Made by a program: the position numbers and the translations under genes. From NCBI GenBank assembly GCA_044376085.1, contig JBILLN010000007.1, positions 33,027 to 97,026 on the forward strand: a stretch of DNA of 64,000 nt, read 5' to 3'. Below the pieces are notes generated by a model. That model was not told the origin of the DNA, did not search any database, and saw only the letters and a list, made by a program, of their open reading frames with translations. This stretch comes from Bradymonadia bacterium. GTDB taxonomy: Bacteria > Myxococcota_A > Bradymonadia > UBA7976 > UBA1532. Shown piece after piece: positions 1-9,902 of this stretch; position 1 is the first letter of the stretch; every line of letters starts with the position of its first letter.

Positions 1-1
1 G

Positions 2-460
2 GCCGGCGCCGTGCTCGACCGCATCATCGAACTCAGCTCCCTCCCGCTCGCGGTGGAGTGTCCGGACGGCAACTGCATCAGCGACGAGGACGCCCTGGAG
101 AACGAGCTCTTGCTGATGGACATGATCGATCTGCTTTACTCCGCGGCGTCCGAAGGGGCGTACGTCCGGGAATGGCAGCACGGCCTCTTGTTGGCGGTGA
201 AGTTCCGCATCGAGCTCTCGCTCCTCCGCGTCGAGTACGCCTGTGGCGCGTTCTCGCCGGTCGCGCAGAACGCTCGGGCCTCTCAGGCGGTCGGCCTGCG
301 GCACTTCGAGAACTACGAGTACGATCGCGCCCTGAACCACTACCTGGCGCCGGAGCAGCGCTGCCTGATCGTCGAGACCTACAATACCTGTCTCGTCCCC
401 GCGAACTTCGGCCGGTTCGAGGCACAGCCCTTCCCGGCCTTCTGCGTCGACGAGCCGTGA
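2..460 (+). CDS. C-terminal fragment of a hypothetical protein; the 5' end lies outside the window
   Basis: ORF runs in from the window edge; GC3-rich codon usage; no recognisable family motif. Confidence 0.45.
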   Translation, partial: AGAVLDRIIELSSLPLAVECPDGNCISDEDALENELLLMDMIDLLYSAASEGAYVREWQHGLLLAVKFRIELSLLRVEYACGAFSPVAQNARASQAVGLRHFENYEYDRALNHYLAPEQRCLIVETYNTCLVPANFGRFEAQPFPAFCVDEP

Positions 461-527
461 AGCCGGGGGCGGCCCGCCGTGCGGGTCGCCCGATTGACCC
501 TCGACCGGGGCCCGGACCCCTCGGGCC

Positions 528-1727
528 TCAGCCCTTGCCGAGAATCCGGCCGAGGCCGACCCAGACGCCGATCGAGGCGCCGAGGTTGGAGAGGATGAAC
601 ACCACGAGAACCCGCAGGAAGGGGTTCTTGTACCAGCCGGCCAAGGACTCGGCGTCGTCCCGGATGCGTTCGCAGTCCGCAACCGTCGGCCGGCGTTTCC
701 ACGCCTCGATGGGGGCTGTGATCATGCCGACCGCGATGGCCGGATGCAGCGTGGTCAGCGGGGCGGAGAGGAGACCGGCGAGGATGGTCAGCGGGTGCGC
801 CAACGCCGCCAGCCCGCCCAGCGCAGCGCCGATCGAGGTGGGCAAGACCCAGGCGAGCAGCATGTCGGCGAGGTTTTCGCCGGTCGCACCGCGCTCCCAG
901 ATGCCCCAGGCCAGGCCGCCGACGACCAGCGCGGGGATCAGCCACGGGGCCAGTTTCGCCCCGAGGCCGGGCGGCGGGATCACGCAGATCGCAGCGCGAT
1001 CCACCACCGTATCGAGGTTCTCGAGCATGCCGGGCACGTGGCCGGCACCGACGACGGCGACGAGCGTTGCGCCCGGCGCCTCCCGGACGCTGGACACGAG
1101 GTAGAGGTCGCGCTCGTCGATCAGGGGCTGTTTGACCTTGGGGTGCGCCTCGGCGAAGAGCTTCATCTTCTCCGACAGGGTGTCCCGGTCTTTCATCTGC
1201 TCGAGTTCGGCCTCGTCGATCTCCTCGTTGGCGCCGAAGATGCCGGCGACGAGCCCCGCGAGAATCCGGTTCTTGCCCCAGAATCCCAGGTTGGCCCACG
1301 TGCGCTTGAGCGTCACCTGAATGTCGCGGTCGGCCAGGACGAGCCGGGCCCCCTGCGCTTCGGCCTGGCGAACCCCCGCCATCAATTCCGCGCCGGGCTC
1401 GACGCCGAGCTTCTCGCCGAGTCGGCGCTGGTAGGCGGACAGCGCGAGGTTGGCCATCAAGAAGAGGGCCTTCTTCTGCTTGAGCACCTGAAAAATGTCG
1501 AGCTTCCGCCACCGACTGTCGTCGGTCATCGCCTCGTAGCGCGTCTGGCAGAGTTCGACGCAGACCGTATCGGGGCGAACGGCCTCGATGACAGCGCGGA
1601 CCTCGTCGACGCTCTTCTGGGAGATGTGGGCCGTGCCCACGAGGTAGATGCGGCGGCCGTCCCGCTCGATGAGCGTGGTGTTCGGCCAGGGAGTGGAGGT
1701 GATTTGCGGTGGCGACACGGCGCGCAC
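528..1727 (-). CDS. TraB/GumN (PrgY-like) family protein
   Basis: 399 aa; N-terminal GTAHISQKS...VELC region followed by a C-terminal multi-TM region, as in TraB family proteins. Confidence 0.75.
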   Translation of the reverse strand: MRAVSPPQITSTPWPNTTLIERDGRRIYLVGTAHISQKSVDEVRAVIEAVRPDTVCVELCQTRYEAMTDDSRWRKLDIFQVLKQKKALFLMANLALSAYQRRLGEKLGVEPGAELMAGVRQAEAQGARLVLADRDIQVTLKRTWANLGFWGKNRILAGLVAGIFGANEEIDEAELEQMKDRDTLSEKMKLFAEAHPKVKQPLIDERDLYLVSSVREAPGATLVAVVGAGHVPGMLENLDTVVDRAAICVIPPPGLGAKLAPWLIPALVVGGLAWGIWERGATGENLADMLLAWVLPTSIGAALGGLAALAHPLTILAGLLSAPLTTLHPAIAVGMITAPIEAWKRRPTVADCERIRDDAESLAGWYKNPFLRVLVVFILSNLGASIGVWVGLGRILGKG

Positions 1728-1760
1728 GGTACACGCGCAGGCCGTCCCCGTAAACGCGCT

Positions 1761-3188
1761 TCAGCCCGGCGCCATCGCCCCGAGGAGGGTCCGCAGGTAC
1801 TGGGGGTCGTGGGCCGCGCGGGCCGCCGTCTCGAGCGAGACGAGGCCGTCCTTCACCGCCCGCGACAGGCTGAGGTCGAAGGGGACGTTGCCGTCCTTCA
1901 AGGTCGTCTGGAGCTGGCTGGCAAAGAGGTGGGTCTTGCGGTCGCGGACGAGGTTGGCGAAGGCGTAGTTCAGCCGCACGACCTCGAGAACCGGGACCCG
2001 CCCCTTGCCATCGACCGTGGGGAGAAGGCGCTGTGTGACGACGCCGCGCAGGACATCCGAGAGCTGAATCCGGACTTGTCCCTGCTGGTGCTGCGGAAAA
2101 ACATCGATGATGCGGTCGATGGCCTGGGTCGCTGAGCCGGAGTGCAGGGTCGAAAAGACGAGGTGCCCCGTCTCCGCCGCAGTGAGTGCGGCGGCAATGG
2201 TGTCCAGATCCCGCATCTCGCCGACGAGAATGACGTCGGGGCACTCGCGGAGGGCCGCACGGAGACCCTGTGAGAACGACTCGACGTGCACGCCGACCTC
2301 CCGCTGATGAACCAGGCTGCGCTGGGGGCGGAAGAGATGCTCGATGGGGTCCTCGAGCGTGATGATGTGGCGCGCCTGCGTGCGGTTGAGGTGTTCGAGC
2401 AGGACCGCGAGGGTCGTGGACTTGCCGGCGCCCGTCGGGCCGACGACGAGGACGAGCCCGTGCGGCAGGTCGGTCAGGGTCAGAAGGTCGGGCGGGAGGT
2501 GCAGGGTCGCGAGTTCGGGGATGCGATCCCAGATGGGGCGAAACGCGGCGGCGATGCCGCGCAGCTGACGGAAGACGTTGACACGAAACCGGTGCGTGCG
2601 GTCGCCGTCCGTGATTTCGACCGCGAGATCGGCGCTGCCGTCGACCTCGAGCTCCCGGCGGCGGGCCTGGGTGAAGGTGGCGCCCAGGCCGCCGAGGATG
2701 GCTTCGTCCGAGAACGTCGAGCCCGGGACCGTGACCAGCTCGCCGGCGAGACGGACGGTGGCCGGCGCACCGCCGGAGAGGATGACGTCGGAGGCGCCTC
2801 GGAGCCAGGCCGCGCGCAGAAGCGCCGCGATCCCGTCCGTCGGCCAGCCGCCGGCTCCCACCGCGACCTCGGGCGTTCCGGCGTCCGCCGGCGCCGGTCG
2901 GAAGGCGATCGCCGTGCCCTCGGGCAGCAGTCGAATGCGGAAGTCGAAGCGTCCGGCGCCCGTTTCGTACCGACCGTCGTGCAGGCCGCGGGACGACAAC
3001 GCGGGTCGATCGGACTCCTCGACCAGGAAGTCGACGAGCGCCTGAACCTCGGCGGCCGTCAGCGGAGGCCCTGGAAGGGGCGACGGCCGGCGCTCGACGA
3101 AGAGCACCGGCGCCTGGTCCACCCGGAGTTGAAGGGAGTCGGCGCCCCGGTCCAGGGCCTGTCGGAGGAGGTCGGCGAGCGTGGCCAT
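1761..3188 (-). CDS. PilT/PilU-like type IV pilus retraction ATPase with a duplicated N-terminal PilT-N domain
   Basis: Walker A GPTGAGKST; Asp box and His box (LVFSTLHS); start trimmed to the ATG giving MATLADLL at 3188; N-terminal part of the long ORF is Arg/Pro-rich artefact. Confidence 0.8.
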   Translation of the reverse strand: MATLADLLRQALDRGADSLQLRVDQAPVLFVERRPSPLPGPPLTAAEVQALVDFLVEESDRPALSSRGLHDGRYETGAGRFDFRIRLLPEGTAIAFRPAPADAGTPEVAVGAGGWPTDGIAALLRAAWLRGASDVILSGGAPATVRLAGELVTVPGSTFSDEAILGGLGATFTQARRRELEVDGSADLAVEITDGDRTHRFRVNVFRQLRGIAAAFRPIWDRIPELATLHLPPDLLTLTDLPHGLVLVVGPTGAGKSTTLAVLLEHLNRTQARHIITLEDPIEHLFRPQRSLVHQREVGVHVESFSQGLRAALRECPDVILVGEMRDLDTIAAALTAAETGHLVFSTLHSGSATQAIDRIIDVFPQHQQGQVRIQLSDVLRGVVTQRLLPTVDGKGRVPVLEVVRLNYAFANLVRDRKTHLFASQLQTTLKDGNVPFDLSLSRAVKDGLVSLETAARAAHDPQYLRTLLGAMAPG

Positions 3189-3219
3189 GGGCCCACGTTC
3201 CGCCCGCCCGTCGGACGGA

Positions 3220-3693
3220 TCAAGCGGGTCGTGTGGGAATCCGTGCCATGAGCGCCACCAGACCCAGCCAGACCAGGGCCGCGGCGACGTGGGGCCAGCC
3301 CTCCGGCAAAACGAAGACGGCGCTGAAGACCAGACCGACCGTGAACATCGCACCGAAAACGAGCTTCTGCCGCATGGTCAGGCTCCGGTGGCGGTACCAC
3401 GCCTGAACGGGCGGTCCCAGGTACCGGTGGTTCACCAGCCAACTGTGGAAGCGAGCGGAGCTGCGCGCGTAACAGGCTGCCGCCAGAATCAGGAACGGCA
3501 CGGTCGGGAGGACGGGCAGAACAGCCCCCAGCAATCCGAGGACGAGCGAGACGTGACCGAGTCCGTGCACCACCCAGCGCGTGAATCGGCCGGGCAGGGG
3601 CCGGAAGTCGGCTTCGGGGGGGGGCGCGCGCGGCGTGTCCGGGATCAAGATCAAACACCGGCCTCGGGGGTGACGATGGATTCGACGCTGCAC
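3220..3693 (-). CDS. YbaN/DUF454 family inner-membrane protein
   Basis: LLGxxGxxLPxLPTTPF-like motif (LLGAVLPVLPTVPFLILAAACYARSSARFHSWL); true start probably internal to the ORF. Confidence 0.65.
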   Translation of the reverse strand: MQRRIHRHPRGRCLILIPDTPRAPPPEADFRPLPGRFTRWVVHGLGHVSLVLGLLGAVLPVLPTVPFLILAAACYARSSARFHSWLVNHRYLGPPVQAWYRHRSLTMRQKLVFGAMFTVGLVFSAVFVLPEGWPHVAAALVWLGLVALMARIPTRPA

Positions 3694-3740
3694 ACGGGCT
3701 GGGGGTTGCCAAGGGGCCCGCGGCGGGATTTCATGGCGGC

Positions 3741-6011
3741 ATGTCCGAATTCAAACCGTTCATCGCCCCGGAGGCGCGCGTCCGCGAGCTCACCTGGGCC
3801 GGTCTGGGCCTGGGATCGCTCCTCGGCGTCCTTTTCGCCCTCTCGTCCGTCTACCTCGGCCTCAAGGTCGGGCTGACGGTCTCGGCGTCCATCCCCGTCG
3901 CGGTGCTCTCGATCACCGTCTTCCGGTGGCTCCGCCTGCGGGCGACCATTCTGGAGAACAACATCGTCCAGACGACGGGCTCGGCGGGCGAATCGCTGGC
4001 CGCCGGCGTGGCGTTCACGCTGCCGTCGCTGCTCATCATGGGCTTCGAGCTCGAGATGATGCGGGTGCTGCTCGTGGCCCTCCTCGGCGGTCTCATCGGC
4101 GTGTTGATGATGATCCCGCTGCGCCACGGCCTCATCGTCGAGGAGCACGGCAAGCTCGCGTACCCGGAGGGCACCGCCTGTGCGGACGTGCTCATCGTCG
4201 GCGAGCGCGGCGGCACGGATGCGAAGACCGTCTTTCTCGGGTTCTTCATCGGGCTCGGGTACACCTGCCTCAACCTCATCAACCGTCTCTGGTCGGACAC
4301 CGCGACCTTCGCGATGGAGTTCTGGGGCCGTCTGAAAGGGGCCATGCTGGCCTTCGAGGTCACCCCGCCGATGCTCGGCGTCGGGTACATCATCGGCCCC
4401 AAGGTCGCCGCGAACATGCTCGCCGGCGGCCTGCTCGCGTTCGTCATTCTCATCCCGCTGATTCACACCTTCGGGGACTCGATGCTGACTCCGATGTACC
4501 CCGAGATGACCAAGACCATCGCGGAGATGAGCTCGTACCAGATCCGGTCGAACTACATCCTCTACATCGGCGCCGGCGCGGTGGCCACGGGGGGATTCAT
4601 CTCACTGGGACGCGCGATTCCGACGATCATCCGCGCGTTCCGCGGGGGGTTGAAGAACCTCCAGGCCGGTCAGGCGCAGGGGCGGCGCGAGGTGCCGCGC
4701 ACCGAGCAGGACCTTCCGATGAAGTACGTCCTCGGCGGCTCGCTGGCCATCGCGCTGGCCATCTGGCTGGCCCCGACGCTCGAGATCAACCTGGTCTCGG
4801 CCGCACTGATCGTGTTGTTCGGGTTCTTCTTCGTCACGGTCTCGAGCCGCATCACCGGCGAGATCGGGTCGTCTTCGAATCCCATCTCCGGCATGACGGT
4901 CGCGACCCTGCTGCTGACGTGCGGCCTGTTCGTGCTCGTGGGCTGGACGGGGGTCGAGTACAAGGCGATGGCGCTCACCACCGCCGCGCTGGTCTGCGTC
5001 GCGGCCTCCAATGGCGGCACGATCTCGCAGGACCTCAAGACCGGGTTCCTCGTGGGCGCGACGCCCCGCCTCCAGCAGATTTCCATTCTGGTCGGTGTCG
5101 TCACGAGCGCCATCGTCATCGGCTGGTCGCTGCTGTTCCTCAACGAGTCCGCGACGACCCTGAAAGCGGTCGAGGTCGCGGGGTTCAAGGCGCCGATCGC
5201 GGCGGACGCGGCGACGGCCAAGGGCCCGGACGACGTCGAGTACAAGGTCGTCTACATCCAGACCGATACGGCGGCGGTGCCGCGCGGCAAGTATCTTGCC
5301 GAGGCCGACGGGACGCTCGCCTTCCTGGTCGATCCGGGGGTGTGCGGCACCTACGAGTACAAGCTCGAGAAGTACACGGGCACCGGGCGCCTCGTGCCCG
5401 GCCCGGACGCCCCGACGGAGCTCGGCGCCGACCGCAAGCCCTATCGGGTGGTGACGCTGGAGAGCTCGCAGGACGGCGTCGAGCCCGGGCGATACCTGGT
5501 CGATCCCTCCGGCGCCATCGTCTTCAGTGCCCAGAAGGTCGGCAAGTTCGACGCCCCCAAGGCCCAGCTCTTCCGGCTGATCATCGACGGCACCATCGGC
5601 GGCCAGCTGCCCTGGGGCCTGGTGCTCATCGGGTTCTTCCTGGCCGTCATGATGGAGCTGGTGGGGGTTGCGTCGTTGCCCTTCGCCGTCGGGCTCTACC
5701 TGCCCATCTCGACGTCGGCGGGCATCTTCGTCGGCGGCATCGTGCGCTGGCTCGTCGATCGGCGCCGTGCCGGCGAGTCCGCGGCCGAGGCCGAGTTCTC
5801 GCCCGGCATGCTCATGGCGTCGGGCCTGATTGCCGGCGGGGCCATCGCCGGCGTGGGACAGGCCGTCGTGGCGGGCGCCGGTTGGGACGAGGCCCTGGAC
5901 CTGCACCGCATCCTGCCCGAGGTCCTGGCCACCAACGAGTCGTGGTGGCCGCTTCTGCCCTTCCTGTTGATGGCGGCCGCGCTCTATCGCGTGGCCACGC
6001 GCCGCGCCTGA
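3741..6011 (+). CDS. OPT family oligopeptide transporter
   Basis: 756 aa polytopic membrane protein with an OPT-like N-terminus (MSEFKPFIAPEARVRELTW...) and an internal soluble insertion. Confidence 0.8.
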   Translation: MSEFKPFIAPEARVRELTWAGLGLGSLLGVLFALSSVYLGLKVGLTVSASIPVAVLSITVFRWLRLRATILENNIVQTTGSAGESLAAGVAFTLPSLLIMGFELEMMRVLLVALLGGLIGVLMMIPLRHGLIVEEHGKLAYPEGTACADVLIVGERGGTDAKTVFLGFFIGLGYTCLNLINRLWSDTATFAMEFWGRLKGAMLAFEVTPPMLGVGYIIGPKVAANMLAGGLLAFVILIPLIHTFGDSMLTPMYPEMTKTIAEMSSYQIRSNYILYIGAGAVATGGFISLGRAIPTIIRAFRGGLKNLQAGQAQGRREVPRTEQDLPMKYVLGGSLAIALAIWLAPTLEINLVSAALIVLFGFFFVTVSSRITGEIGSSSNPISGMTVATLLLTCGLFVLVGWTGVEYKAMALTTAALVCVAASNGGTISQDLKTGFLVGATPRLQQISILVGVVTSAIVIGWSLLFLNESATTLKAVEVAGFKAPIAADAATAKGPDDVEYKVVYIQTDTAAVPRGKYLAEADGTLAFLVDPGVCGTYEYKLEKYTGTGRLVPGPDAPTELGADRKPYRVVTLESSQDGVEPGRYLVDPSGAIVFSAQKVGKFDAPKAQLFRLIIDGTIGGQLPWGLVLIGFFLAVMMELVGVASLPFAVGLYLPISTSAGIFVGGIVRWLVDRRRAGESAAEAEFSPGMLMASGLIAGGAIAGVGQAVVAGAGWDEALDLHRILPEVLATNESWWPLLPFLLMAAALYRVATRRA

Positions 6012-6021
6012 CGGACCGCGG

Positions 6022-7173
6022 TCAGGGGACGAGCGAGAAGCAGTAGATGCCGCCGTAGCCGCCGCCCGATCCGACGGTGTTCGAGTCGCGCATCGGCGGG
6101 CCCATCTCGATCAGGTTCACGCCCGGCGCGCAGCCGGCCTCGTCGAGCGACGACATCCAGTGCGCCATCGAGCCGTCACCGCCGCCGGGGCCCGGGGGAC
6201 GCCCGCCCCCGCCGCCGCCCCCGAACCGGGGCCAGGAGTGGCCGACCCGGGGGTAACCCTCGACGGCCTGATTGCCGCTGTTGGCCGTCCAGTCCTGACA
6301 GGTGGCCATCGGCCCGTAGAGCCGGCCGTTCTCGTTGGTGCCGGTCAGGGTGTCGTGGTTGTCCACCTCGGGCTGAGTGGGATCGGGGCGGTGGTTGGGG
6401 ACGCCGTCTTCGTTGGGGAAGTCGTTGACGATGGCCGGATCGGCGCCGATGGGCCGCTCGGCCATGAGGTTCTCCTTGCTGGCGGCCAGCAGGCGACCCA
6501 GACGGTCGTACCAGGGGCCTTCGCCGATGCGGTCGATGGCGTCGACGGTCATGCCGTTGCCGTCGTCCCGGGCGCTCAGGAAGGCGCGCCAGGGTTTGCG
6601 GCCGGCGCCGGGCATGCTGTGCTCGGCGATCTCGGCGCAGATCCTGTCGGCGCCCCGGAGGCCGGCCCCGGGACCCTCTTCGCCGTATCGCAGGTCGCCG
6701 CCGAAGCCGGCCGGGCTCCCGGAGAGGACCTGCATCGCGCGCAGGCTCGTCACGAAGAAGCTGAAGTGCTCGAGCGGCGGGGGGGCTTCGCCGCCGGCCC
6801 CACCGCCTCCCCCGACGGGTTCGCCGCCCGAACCGGCCTGTCCCGCCTCGCCCCCGGCCGAGCCGCCCGCGCCGCCCGCCGGCCCGCCGCCCGCCGGCCC
6901 GCCGCCCGCCCCACCCAGGGGGTCACCCCCGCTCGGGCCGGTGCCGCCGCTCCCCGTTCCGCCGGTGGCGTCGTCACCGCCCTCGCCGCCACCGGTGGCG
7001 CCACCGGCACCGTCCGAGCCGCCGGTGACGGCCCCGCCCGAAGCGCCGGCGTCTTCGGCCGGCTCGACTCCGGCGTCCGTGGTGCACGCGAACGCGAGAG
7101 CACCCGCGAGGGGCAGGGTCAGTGTCAGTGCCAGAGAACGAGGATGCAGGCCAGTGCGGAGCGCAGTCTTCAT
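6022..7173 (-). CDS. Lipoprotein with a Gly-rich low-complexity linker and a conserved C-terminal domain
   Basis: Lipobox LAFAC; linker of (GGxAGG)n repeats; folded-looking C-terminal domain. Confidence 0.55.
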   Translation of the reverse strand: MKTALRTGLHPRSLALTLTLPLAGALAFACTTDAGVEPAEDAGASGGAVTGGSDGAGGATGGGEGGDDATGGTGSGGTGPSGGDPLGGAGGGPAGGGPAGGAGGSAGGEAGQAGSGGEPVGGGGGAGGEAPPPLEHFSFFVTSLRAMQVLSGSPAGFGGDLRYGEEGPGAGLRGADRICAEIAEHSMPGAGRKPWRAFLSARDDGNGMTVDAIDRIGEGPWYDRLGRLLAASKENLMAERPIGADPAIVNDFPNEDGVPNHRPDPTQPEVDNHDTLTGTNENGRLYGPMATCQDWTANSGNQAVEGYPRVGHSWPRFGGGGGGGRPPGPGGGDGSMAHWMSSLDEAGCAPGVNLIEMGPPMRDSNTVGSGGGYGGIYCFSLVP

Positions 7174-7258
7174 CGAAGGGGTTCCCGGGGGAGCGCGTCC
7201 GTCGCCGGACGAGGTGAGAGCGGATGAGCCGAGAGGGGATGAGAGCAGTCCGGCGGAA

Positions 7259-8422
7259 CTAGAGACATTGGAGGTCAGGTCGACACGTCGTGCCCTCCGG
7301 ACAGTCTTCGTCGGCGGTGCACGAGGTCAGGCCGGGAATGATCACCCTCTGCTCGACGGTCGACAAGAGGCCGAGATCGACGCGCCCGGGGGCGATGACG
7401 GCGCTGCCACGCGCCCGCCGCGTGACGATGACCGTGGGGAAGCCGGCGACGCCGAGCGCCCGCAGCGCGTCGAGCTGCGCGGCCGTGAGCGTCAGGCTGC
7501 CCGTATCGGCGACGACGCACTCGATCTTCCCGTTGGAGCCGCCGTGGTGGCTGATGTCGAGCCGGACGAGCACCTCGGAGACCTCGGCGGTGGCCGGGGG
7601 GATCCAGGTCAACGTCGCCGGGGCCCCCGCGACGAGTTCGAGAGGGGCGCTGGTGAGCGACAACGGGGCGATGCCGACCGCGGAGAGCTCGAACGGAGCG
7701 ATGCCCGAGGGACTGCCACCCTCCGCGCCGAAACGGACCGGATCACCCTCGGCGAACGCCGGGAAGGGGAGGCCGGAACGCTGATAGTTCGAGGCGACGG
7801 CCTCCATGACGAAGGTCGTCGCGCCGTCGCCGGTCGAGACCCCCGTGACGGTGATCGCGCCGACGTCGAGCGCCGTCGGGTAGGGCTGACACACGTCGTC
7901 GTCGACGCAGGCGGCGCTGCCCCCGCAGGGCGTCTCGCAGAACGGCACGCTCGGCGTCAACAGCCGGCAGCCGCTCTCGGCCTGCACCTCGGTCCACCGC
8001 ACGAGCTCCGGCGTCGGTCCGTCCTGGACACGCCCGAAGACGCTGGTCTGGGCGAAGACCTCCGGCGTGATCGGCGTCGCGGGGGCCGCCGGCGTCAGCA
8101 GCACCTGGAACGCGCCGACGAGCACGTTCGGGTCGCCGCGGGCCGCGTCGGCGGCCGGAGGGGGGGCGCCATCGTCGCCCGGCGGGCCACCGTCGGCGTC
8201 GGCGAGGGCGTCGGAGAGGTCGGTCGCGTCGGAGACCGGGGTGACATCGCCGCCCGCATCGCCGCGCGCGATCGCATCCGGCGCAACGCCGCCGGTGCTG
8301 GCGTCGCTCGGGCCGGGCGAGCCGCCCGTCGGCGGAGCGGCTTCCGAGTCGGCGCCGCATGCGGCCAGGAGCCAGGGCAGAAAGAGACACGCCGCGCGGG
8401 CGCTGGTGTTCCAGGCGAACAT
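7259..8422 (-). CDS. Lipoprotein with a Cys-rich C-terminus
   Basis: Start trimmed to MFAWNTSARAACLFLPWLLAACG (lipobox); C-terminal TSCTADEDCPEGTTCRPDLQCL. Confidence 0.55.
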   Translation of the reverse strand: MFAWNTSARAACLFLPWLLAACGADSEAAPPTGGSPGPSDASTGGVAPDAIARGDAGGDVTPVSDATDLSDALADADGGPPGDDGAPPPAADAARGDPNVLVGAFQVLLTPAAPATPITPEVFAQTSVFGRVQDGPTPELVRWTEVQAESGCRLLTPSVPFCETPCGGSAACVDDDVCQPYPTALDVGAITVTGVSTGDGATTFVMEAVASNYQRSGLPFPAFAEGDPVRFGAEGGSPSGIAPFELSAVGIAPLSLTSAPLELVAGAPATLTWIPPATAEVSEVLVRLDISHHGGSNGKIECVVADTGSLTLTAAQLDALRALGVAGFPTVIVTRRARGSAVIAPGRVDLGLLSTVEQRVIIPGLTSCTADEDCPEGTTCRPDLQCL

Positions 8423-8437
8423 GGGCGCTTCTCGCCT

Positions 8438-8496
8438 GCACGAATCGGGCCAGGGTGATTCGTGCCGAATGGCGCACGGACCGGCCACGAAATCGT
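8438..8496. promoter_or_regulatory. Cluster of inverted repeats (CACGAATC / GATTCGTG / CACGAAATCGTG) in the divergent intergenic region upstream of the liv operon
   Basis: Three copies of a CACGA(A)T / ATTCGTG half-site arranged as palindromes, read directly from the sequence. Confidence 0.3.
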
Positions 8497-8644
8497 GACA
8501 GTGCCGCCGGTCCTGCCAACCTGTCTTGGCGGTCGGCCGGGGGCCCGGCCGCATTGACACCCCCGACGGCCTGGGGTATTGGCCACAGCCACTCGGCCTC
8601 CCGTTCACCGTGTTTTCGTGTCCGACTTTCGCCTGGAGGGGTTC

Positions 8645-9889
8645 ATGCGATCCGACACCCGCGCCCCGGGTCCCTGGTCCGTTCTCGTCACGACGCTCGC
8701 CCTGAGCCTGAGCGCCGGTGTTCTCGGGCTCGGCGGCTGCGACAAGATGCGCGGCGGCGGCGATCCGAAACAGCCCGCCCCGGCCTCCGAGGCCAAGGGC
8801 GGCCCGGCCAAGGCGCCCGAACCGGGCGGCGATACGATTCTCATCGGCGAGTTCGGCTCCCTGACCGGCTCCGAGGCCACGTTCGGCCAGTCCACCCACA
8901 ACGGCATCATGCTGGCGATCGACGAGATCAACCAGGCCGGCGGGGTGAAGGGCAAGAAGCTGGCCGTCAAGACCTACGACGACCAGGGCAAGTCACAGGA
9001 GGCCGGCACCGTCGTCATGCGCCTCATCACCGAGGACAAGGTCGTCGCCATTCTCGGCGAGGTCGCCTCGTCGCTCTCCCTCGCCGGGGGTCGCGTGGCG
9101 CAGCAGTACGGCGTGCCGATGATCAGCCCCTCGTCGACGAACCCGCAGGTCACCCAGATCGGCGACATGATCTTCCGGGTCTGCTTCATCGACCCCTACC
9201 AGGGCTTCGTCATGGCGAAGTTCACCCGCGAGAACCTCAAGATGGGCAAGGTCGCGGTGCTCTACGACCAGGCGCAGGCCTACTCCAAGGGCTTGAAGGA
9301 CGACTTCATCAAGTCTTTCAAGGAGATGGGCGGCGAAATCCTCTCCGAGCAGGCCTACACGGGCGGCGATCAGGACTTCTCGGCCCAGCTGACGACGATC
9401 AAGGGCACGAATCCCGAGGCGATCTTCATGCCCGGGTACTACACGGACGTGGGCAACATCGCCCTGCAGGCGCGCAAGCTGGGCGTCAACGCCACCCTCC
9501 TCGGCGGCGACGGCTGGGACTCGGCGAAACTCACCGAAATCGGCGGCGCCGCCATCGAGGGCGCGTACTACTCGAACCACTACTCCCACGAGGAGCAGCG
9601 GCCCGAGGTTCAGACCTTCGTCAAGAAGTATCAGGCCAAGTACAACCAGGTCCCCGATGGCCTGGCGGCGCTCGGGTACGACTCGGCCCGGCTGTTGGCC
9701 GAAGCGATGGGGCGCGCGGCCTCCCTGGGCGGCAAGGACCTCGCGGCCGCGCTGGCGGCCACCAAGGACTTCAACGGCGTCACGGGCGTGATCACCATCG
9801 ACGCCGAGCGGAACGCCAAGAAGCCGGCGGTGATCCTGCAGGTGAAGGGCGGCAAGTCCACCTACAGCGCCACCGTCGCGCCGAACTGA
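8645..9889 (+). CDS. livK: Branched-chain amino-acid ABC transporter substrate-binding lipoprotein (LivJ/LivK family)
   Basis: Lipobox LGLGGC after trimming to MRSDTRAPGPWSV; periplasmic binding protein type I motifs; first gene of the livHMGF cluster. Confidence 0.85.
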   Translation: MRSDTRAPGPWSVLVTTLALSLSAGVLGLGGCDKMRGGGDPKQPAPASEAKGGPAKAPEPGGDTILIGEFGSLTGSEATFGQSTHNGIMLAIDEINQAGGVKGKKLAVKTYDDQGKSQEAGTVVMRLITEDKVVAILGEVASSLSLAGGRVAQQYGVPMISPSSTNPQVTQIGDMIFRVCFIDPYQGFVMAKFTRENLKMGKVAVLYDQAQAYSKGLKDDFIKSFKEMGGEILSEQAYTGGDQDFSAQLTTIKGTNPEAIFMPGYYTDVGNIALQARKLGVNATLLGGDGWDSAKLTEIGGAAIEGAYYSNHYSHEEQRPEVQTFVKKYQAKYNQVPDGLAALGYDSARLLAEAMGRAASLGGKDLAAALAATKDFNGVTGVITIDAERNAKKPAVILQVKGGKSTYSATVAPN

Positions 9890-9902
9890 AGCGCCCGCGC
9901 CG

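Noticed and set aside
379-2244. 621-aa minus-strand ORF and other very long overlapping ORFs (e.g. 58..1104 +, 3926..6046 +, 6377..8458 +, 16915..18903 -, 19772..21931 +, 42920..45190 +, 50196..52046 +, 53825..55561 +, 57710..59905 +)
   Set aside because: Their translations are Arg/Pro/Gly/Ala-rich low-complexity, typical of off-frame or antisense reading of high-GC coding DNA. Each overlaps a gene with clear family motifs in another frame.
6870-6910. Short tandem duplication (cgcccgccggcccgc x2) inside the Gly-rich lipoprotein gene
   Set aside because: The 15-bp unit is in frame and simply encodes the GGPAGG low-complexity linker; it is not a phase-variation tract, CRISPR or mobile element.
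7159-7173. Shared MKTALR... N-termini of the 6022..7173 and 45004..45315 genes
   Set aside because: Nucleotide sequences differ (ATGAAGACTGCGCTCCGC vs ATGAAGACCGCCCTTCGC); this looks like convergent signal-peptide composition rather than a repeat or duplication.
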